Shown here piece by piece: positions 58,792-64,000 of a stretch of 64,000 nt of DNA; position 1 is the stretch's first letter; each line of letters opens with the position of its first letter. The notes under the pieces are model-generated. The model ran no database searches and had not been told where the DNA came from. It saw only the letters and a program-made list of their open reading frames with translations. The stretch covers positions 5,888,001 to 5,952,000 of the forward strand of contig OZ244065.1 in the NCBI GenBank assembly GCA_965215505.1. The letters are read 5' to 3'. The position numbers and the translations under genes are program-made. The DNA comes from Capsulimonadaceae bacterium (GTDB taxonomy: Bacteria > Armatimonadota > Armatimonadia > Armatimonadales > Capsulimonadaceae).

Positions 58792-60227
58792 ATGGAAAAG
58801 GAAAACATCAAGATCTTCGGAGACCACGAGGAGTCCACGTTGGCCCAGATCACGCGCTCGGCCTCCCCCGAGTCGGTCCGAGGCGCCGTCCTGTGCGCGG
58901 ACGGCCACAAGGGCTACGCCGTGCCCATCGGGGGCGTGATCGCCTACGAGGACAAGATCAGCCCGTCCGGAATAGGGTTCGATATCGCCTGCGGCAACAA
59001 AGCCGTGCGCCTGGACGTTCCCGCCTCGCAGGTGCGGGGCAAGATCAAGAAGATCATGGATGACGTCTGGAGCCACCTGGAATTTGGCATCGGTCGGACG
59101 AACGACACGCATGTGGACCACGAGCTGTTCGACGACGAGGCATGGAAGCTGTCGCCGATGAAGTCGCTAAAGCAGATGGCCCGCAACCAGCTTGGGACAA
59201 TCGGCAGCGGTGTCAGCCGCCTCGCATTGTAAGATGCGATGAGAAACCCGTCCAAATCGGGAAACGCCTGTGAGGGTAATTCCGAGGGAAGTGCGCTGGC
59301 GCGAGCCAACACCCCGTAGAGAGCAGAGGGACTTGGGCAGCCTGGGAACAGGCTGAAGGTGTGCTCCGAACTGCATGGAAAACGAACATGCAGAGCCAGG
59401 CGGAAACGACCTGGATGGTTTTGCTTTTTCGCGGCAGGAACCGCATAAAAAGCAAAACAGATAACAGACTGAACCACTATGTGGACATCTTCGCCGATGA
59501 GCAGGACCGGACCTGGATCGGCGCGCACTTCGGATCGCGCGGGCTGGGGCACAAGACGGCGACCTTCTTCCTGGAGGCGGGCGGGGCGAAGGACGGCATG
59601 GACGTGGACCCTCTGGTCCTCGACGTGCGCTCGTCGCTCGGCGGCGACTACCTCGCCTGCATGGCCCTGGCCGGGCGCTACGCCTACGCGGGGCGCGACT
59701 GGGTCTGCGCCGAGGTGGCGCGGCTGCTGGGGGCGAACATCCTGGAGGAAGTACACAACCACCACAACTTCGCCTGGAAGGAGACGCACGGCGGGCGGGA
59801 CCTGTGGGTGGTCCGCAAGGGGGCGACGCCGGCCTTCCCCGGCCAGAAGGGATTCGTTGGCGGCTCGATGGGGGACCAGTCGGTCATCCTGGAGGGCCTG
59901 GCTTCGGACGAGGCGACGGACGCGCTGCATTCGACGGTGCATGGTGCGGGCCGCGTGATGAGCCGGACGCAGGCGCGCGGCAAGGTCAACCGCAAGACGG
60001 GCCAGGTGATCTCGCCGGGCGTGGTCTCGCGCGCGATGATGCAGGAGTGGCTGCGCGAGAAGAACGTCGAGCTGCGCGGCGCGGGCACGGACGAGTCGCC
60101 GCATTGTTACAAACGGCTTCCGGACGTGCTGGCGCACCACGCCGGGTCCATCCGCGTCCTGCACACGCTGACGCCGCTCGGCGTGGCGATGGCAGGCGAG
60201 GACGTGGCAGACCCGTTTCGGGACTAG
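58792..60227 (+). CDS. rtcB: RtcB RNA ligase, spliced: exon 1 58792-59211, exon 2 59472-60227 (391 aa)
   Basis: Exon 1 has DGHKGY.VPIGG, DIACG, QLGTIGSG; exon 2 has NHY, HFGSRG, HNHHN, RKGATPA, GSMG, HGAGR, DESP..YK. Joining them restores GTIGSGNHY in frame. Confidence 0.93.
59212..59471 (+). ncRNA. Group I self-splicing intron (260 nt, no internal ORF) in rtcB
   Basis: 5' exon ends in U forming a U-G wobble in P1 (GCGGU-GUCA-GCCGC); terminal G 59471; P3 CCCGUCC/GGAC(UU)GGG; P4 UCGGGA/UUCCGA; P7 G(A)GAGCA 59319-25 / UGCUCC 59362-67; P8 CAGCCUG-GGAA-CAGGCUG; GNRA loops on P2, P5, P6; three 3' hairpins. Confidence 0.9.
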
Positions 60228-60231
60228 GCTC

Positions 60232-60261
60232 ACACCCGGCCCTTCCGGGCCGGGTGTTTTT
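60232..60261 (+). terminator. Intrinsic terminator after rtcB
   Basis: ACACCCGGCCC-TTCC-GGGCCGGGTGT followed by TTTT. Confidence 0.75.
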
Positions 60262-60263
60262 CT

Positions 60264-60336
60264 GCTTCCGTCGCTTAACTGGACAAAGCGCGCCCCTTAT
60301 AAGAGCGTGATCCGGGTTCGAGTCCCGGCGGGAGTA
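60264..60336 (+). tRNA. tRNA-Ile(UAU), rare anticodon
   Basis: Acceptor GCTTCCG/CGGGAGT, D-stem GCTT/AAGC with GG in loop, anticodon arm CGCCC-CTTATAA-GAGCG (one C-A mismatch), T-arm CCGGG-TTCGAGT-CCCGG, A73; no encoded CCA. Confidence 0.85.
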
Positions 60337-60338
60337 GC

Positions 60339-61055
60339 CTATGAGCCGTGGGTCTTGGCCGGATGAGCGGGCTTGCGCTTGGCCGTGACGGAGGCGGCGG
60401 GCTTGTGGGGCTTTGTATGGGACACGGGGCTGACGAGGAACGTGACCGGCGTGAGGGCGGTGACGCTGCCGTCCGCCATCAGGGCGCTGGCCCCGAGCGT
60501 GTGGTCGCCGGGGCGGAAGAGGGAGGTGTCTATCGTCACTTTGCCCGACCCGTCCACCGTCAGGGGCGTCGGGGCACCGTCGAGGCTGAGGGTGAACTTC
60601 TGCGCCGTGAGCGCCCCCGTCGGCGTAATCGTGACGCTGGTCTTGCCGACGATGGTTTCCACCTTCATCGTGAAGGGCACGGCGTCGATGAGCTTGACGT
60701 TGTAGCGAGTCATCCGGGTGACCGCCCCGCCCCCCCGGCTCCAGTAGACCGCGATCTGCTCGGTCGGGTCGTGTTCGATGGCCGTGTTCCACACCAGCTT
60801 CCACGAGTCCAGGAAGTCGCCCTTGGTGAACTCGCCGTAGTCGTTGCGGAGGGCGAACGTGGTCATCATCATCTGCTGGCTGATCGTCCCCTGGAACACG
60901 ACGAGGGTGCCCCGCACGACCGTGAGCGGGATGGGGGTTGGGGACGGCTTGACCAGCACGGTCACGGTCGGTGCCTGGGCGGACGCCGCGCCACCGAAGC
61001 CGTAGACCGCAAAAATTACGAGGGCGGGGATGAGAGCCTGAGTGATAGCCTTCAT
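60339..61055 (-). CDS. Hypothetical secreted protein
   Basis: AGAGGAG RBS, signal peptide ending ASA, beta-rich C-terminus. Confidence 0.65.
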   Translation of the reverse strand: MKAITQALIPALVIFAVYGFGGAASAQAPTVTVLVKPSPTPIPLTVVRGTLVVFQGTISQQMMMTTFALRNDYGEFTKGDFLDSWKLVWNTAIEHDPTEQIAVYWSRGGGAVTRMTRYNVKLIDAVPFTMKVETIVGKTSVTITPTGALTAQKFTLSLDGAPTPLTVDGSGKVTIDTSLFRPGDHTLGASALMADGSVTALTPVTFLVSPVSHTKPHKPAASVTAKRKPAHPAKTHGS

Positions 61056-61170
61056 CGGTAGTAGTTCTCCTCTGAAAGAGAGCTTGTTTCCATTGCTCAT
61101 CCCTCATTGTATCACACTCCGCGGGCTTTGAGAAGGGGGAGCGGCCCGAATGCCGGAAACGGCACCGGTT

Positions 61171-63327
61171 TCAGGCCGCCTGGCGGAGCGCCGCCTCGCC
61201 ATTCCCGGTGTCCTCCCTCCCCATGCCCTCGCGCATGAGGCTGACGAACAGGGGGGCGAGTGAGGGATCGAACTGCGTCCCCGCCCCGCGCGCGACTTCG
61301 CCCAGGGCCGTCTCCCAAGACAGCCCTTTCCGGTACGGGCGGTCGCTGGTCATGGCGTCGAACGTGTCGGCCAGGGCGAGGATGCGGGCCAGGAGCGGGA
61401 TCTGTTCGCCCGCCAGCCCGTCCGGGTAGCCGCCGCCGTCCCACCGCTCGTGGTGGTGGCGGACGCCCGGCAGGGCGGCGGCGAGTTTGGGGGCTTTGCG
61501 GACGATGACTTCGCCCAGGGCGGGATGCGTCTCCATGACCCGGCGCTCTTCGTCGTCCATCCGGCCCGGCTTCTTGAGGATGGCGTCGGGCACGCCGATC
61601 TTGCCGACATCGTGCAGGGTGCCGGTCATGTGGACCAGGGCGACCTCGTCGGCGGTCAGGCCCGCCCGGCCTGCCAGGGCGACGGCGTATTCCGCGACGC
61701 GCTGGGAGTGACCCTGGGTGTAGGGGTCTTTGGCGTCCACGGCGGCGGCCAGCGCCTGGATCGTGGGGAGGCTTTCGTCCTTCAGGAAGCGATGGAGCTG
61801 GTAGGGGTCGGCACCAGCGTCCGCGCCCGGCACGCTGTCGAAGCGGCAGACGCGGTCGCGCCCGAGCTGCTTGGCGCGTGAGACGGCAAGTTCGGCGGCC
61901 AGCACCAGGCCTTCCCCCTCCGCCGTGTGGGTGCCGAACTCGGCGCAGCCGATGCTGAGTGTCAGGCCGTGGTCCAGCCCGGCGACGGCCGCCCGGATCA
62001 TCTCCGCCAGGGCCTCCGCCTGTGCCAGATCGCGCTGCGGCAGCAGGACGGCGAACTCCTCGCCGCCGTACCGGGCCGCGACCGCGACTTGAGGCATGCA
62101 GGCTTGGAGCGTCTCGGCCACGTCACGCACCGCCAGGTCGCCCGCTGCGTGGCCGTGCCGCTGGTTGTACTGCCCGAAGTGGTCCAGGTCCAGCAGGAGT
62201 AGGGACAGGCGCTCGCCGGAGTGCGCGCAGCGCCGAGCCTCCTGGTCGAGCCGCTCCTGGAACCGGCGGTGGTTGTCCAGGCCGGTCAAGGGGTCCGTGT
62301 CTATCAGGGCCAACAGGCGTTCCTGGCTGCCGCGCAGGGACGCCGTCATCTCATTGAACACGGTCTGGAGCAGTCCGATCTCATCGGCCCGGCGGACCTC
62401 GAAACGGGCGGGCCACTCCCCCCGGCGCAGCGTCTCGGCGGCCTCGACGACACCTCCAAGGGGGCGGGTCAGGCCGCGCGCGAGGAACGCACCGCCGGCC
62501 AGGGCCAGCAGCAGCGTCAGGGCGGAGGCGGCGAGGAACGCCAGCAGGCATCGGTGGTAGAGCGCCATCGCCGGCCCATAGGGGCGCAGGGTGACGAACC
62601 CCATGCCGGCCTTGGGGTCGGTGTCGGGGAGCGGCGCGTAGAGGGCAAAGTAGCGGGTGCCGTTCAGCACCACCACCGTGGGCGTGCGGGGAGTCGGCAA
62701 GGTGGGGGGCAGCGGGCAGGAAGCGCCCACGACTTTGCCGTGGTAGAGGAACGCCACATCGGTTCCTAATGAGGCGCGCAGGTGTACGGCCACGGCGGGG
62801 TCAATGGCGCGGTAGGCGGTGAAAGTCCCCCACGGATAGGCGTGGATCTGCACCGGTACGCAGACGGCCAGCACGAGCCTCCCCCCCCGCGCGACGATCC
62901 CCTGCCATTCACGGTTGTCTATTGCGGCGGCGACCCCAGCATCGGCGCTCATGTCCGTCCCCGCGCGTAGCCCCCCCCCGGCGTCGGCCAGGACATGCCC
63001 GTCAAGGTTGGTCACGATGATCTCGTCCACGCCCAACTTCTGCCGGTAGCCGCGCAACTCGTATAGCACGGTCGCCGGATTATTGGTGCTGATCGCCGCC
63101 CGCAAGACCGGCAGATTGGTGATCAGGCGGGACTGGTCGCGCAGGACGGAGGTCCGCTCGCGCATGAGCTGGCCCAGTACGCCGCCGGTCGTGCGGACGT
63201 CCGCCTGCACGGCCCGGCCCACCTCGCGGGACACGAGGACGGTGAAGGCGAGCAGGATGACGGACACCAGGCCGACCGCCGTGCCGGCGACGAGCAGGAG
63301 GATCTTGGCGCGCAGACTCAGTTTCAT
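61171..63327 (-). CDS. Membrane sensor with HAMP, GGDEF and HD-GYP domains (c-di-GMP turnover)
   Basis: Two TM helices, HAMP (DEIG.L...FN.M), TDPLTGL, RYGGEEF, HDVGK, HHERWDGGGYPDGL. Confidence 0.93.
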   Translation of the reverse strand: MKLSLRAKILLLVAGTAVGLVSVILLAFTVLVSREVGRAVQADVRTTGGVLGQLMRERTSVLRDQSRLITNLPVLRAAISTNNPATVLYELRGYRQKLGVDEIIVTNLDGHVLADAGGGLRAGTDMSADAGVAAAIDNREWQGIVARGGRLVLAVCVPVQIHAYPWGTFTAYRAIDPAVAVHLRASLGTDVAFLYHGKVVGASCPLPPTLPTPRTPTVVVLNGTRYFALYAPLPDTDPKAGMGFVTLRPYGPAMALYHRCLLAFLAASALTLLLALAGGAFLARGLTRPLGGVVEAAETLRRGEWPARFEVRRADEIGLLQTVFNEMTASLRGSQERLLALIDTDPLTGLDNHRRFQERLDQEARRCAHSGERLSLLLLDLDHFGQYNQRHGHAAGDLAVRDVAETLQACMPQVAVAARYGGEEFAVLLPQRDLAQAEALAEMIRAAVAGLDHGLTLSIGCAEFGTHTAEGEGLVLAAELAVSRAKQLGRDRVCRFDSVPGADAGADPYQLHRFLKDESLPTIQALAAAVDAKDPYTQGHSQRVAEYAVALAGRAGLTADEVALVHMTGTLHDVGKIGVPDAILKKPGRMDDEERRVMETHPALGEVIVRKAPKLAAALPGVRHHHERWDGGGYPDGLAGEQIPLLARILALADTFDAMTSDRPYRKGLSWETALGEVARGAGTQFDPSLAPLFVSLMREGMGREDTGNGEAALRQAA

Positions 63328-63388
63328 TGCCTGTTCATTGCCTGTTCATTGCCTGTTCATTGCCTGTTCATTGCCTGTTCATTGCCTG
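63323..63388. repeat. Perfect tandem repeat, 6 x 11 bp (TTCATTGCCTG)
   Basis: Units start at 63323, 63334, 63345, 63356, 63367 and 63378; the array spans almost the whole intergenic gap and includes the downstream ATG. Confidence 0.95.
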
Positions 63389-63392
63389 CTTA

Positions 63393-63977
63393 CTACTTCC
63401 GAACGAGCGCCAGCGCCAGCGGGGCCGGCTTGTCGCCGACGGTGATAGTCTGGGTGAGAACGGCCCCGCTCTCGTGCCAGCCGTGCAGGGTGTAGGTCCC
63501 CGGCGGCACGTTCGGCATTCGGAACCGGCCCTGCGCGTCCGTGACCGCATAATAGGGGGTGTCCACGACCATGATGTAGGCGCTCATGTCCGAGTGGACG
63601 TTGCAGAGCAGGACGACCAGGCCGGTCTTGTCGAAGGTGATGGACTTGGTCGCGCCGCGCGGGTACATGCCCAGGTCGAACTTCTTCGCCTGGAAGTAGG
63701 CGAAGACGTTGTGGAAGATGGTGTCGTCGTTGGGAAAGCGGACGGTCGTGCCGCGCGTCACGACCAGGACGTGCGGCAGGAACATCTTGTCCCGCTGGTC
63801 CACGACCGCGTGCGGCAGTGGCGGTGCGGGGACGCTGCCCTCCAGATAGACGACGGCTTCGCGCGCCGCGCCGTGCGGCAAAGTCACTCTGCCGGTGAGT
63901 CCTGCGGCGCGGGCCGGGAGCATGGGAGCGGCGGAAAGGCCGACCAACAGACAAAGCAGTGTGATCAGTGAGCGCAT
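63393..63977 (-). CDS. Secreted cupredoxin-like / carboxypeptidase-regulatory-like domain protein
   Basis: Signal peptide; F.PHVL...GT.V.FPN.D...HNVF; CNVHSDM Cu-ligand motif; VPPGTYTL..WHE. Confidence 0.8.
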   Translation of the reverse strand: MRSLITLLCLLVGLSAAPMLPARAAGLTGRVTLPHGAAREAVVYLEGSVPAPPLPHAVVDQRDKMFLPHVLVVTRGTTVRFPNDDTIFHNVFAYFQAKKFDLGMYPRGATKSITFDKTGLVVLLCNVHSDMSAYIMVVDTPYYAVTDAQGRFRMPNVPPGTYTLHGWHESGAVLTQTITVGDKPAPLALALVRK

Positions 63978-64000
63978 TAGGAGTGTGCCTCTCGGGTTGC

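Noticed and set aside
59212-59471. Intein, group II intron or IS as the rtcB insert
   Set aside because: 260 nt is not a multiple of 3 and carries an in-frame stop, so not an intein. It lacks a GUGYG start, an AY end and a domain V, so not group II. There are no terminal inverted repeats or target duplication. Group I core elements fit.
59361-59471. N-terminal extension of ORF 59361-60227 as a separate gene start
   Set aside because: The GTG lies within the intron core next to P7; RtcB similarity begins only at NHY (59472).
56532-60336. Integrative element or prophage bounded by the two tRNAs
   Set aside because: The two tRNAs differ in sequence; no att-like direct repeat, integrase or phage genes were seen.
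63323-63388. CRISPR array
   Set aside because: Contiguous 11-bp units with no spacers, and no cas genes in the window.

Overview
High-GC bacterial chromosomal window, probably Armatimonadota (inferred from prepilin/H-X9-DG proteins, a VPEAST-type PEP-CTERM protein and a DUF6785-like membrane protein). Housekeeping genes (glmU, prs, greA, lysS, nadA, nfo, plsC-like) are interleaved with sugar-catabolic enzymes, signalling proteins, toxin-antitoxin remnants and GTAG-type REP palindromes. The standout locus is an RNA-repair operon at about 56.15-60.34 kb. In order it has a sigma70 promoter, a leader ORF and terminator (possible attenuator), an atypical tRNA-Tyr(GUA) with C1-G72, a T4 Rnl1-like RNA ligase, a DRB0094/Rnl5-like RNA ligase, an rtcB split at its conserved G|NH motif by a 260-nt ORF-less group I intron, a terminator and a rare tRNA-Ile(UAU). 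A second cluster (33.7-45.0 kb) has three Pho-box-like 11-bp-periodic TTAA arrays, one before a PEP-CTERM gene plus two secreted phosphoesterases and one before each of two prepilin-like genes. A six-copy 11-bp repeat forms a chain of AUGA-coupled minigenes leading into a GGDEF/HD-GYP gene. All calls come from reading the sequence by eye; no database searches were run.
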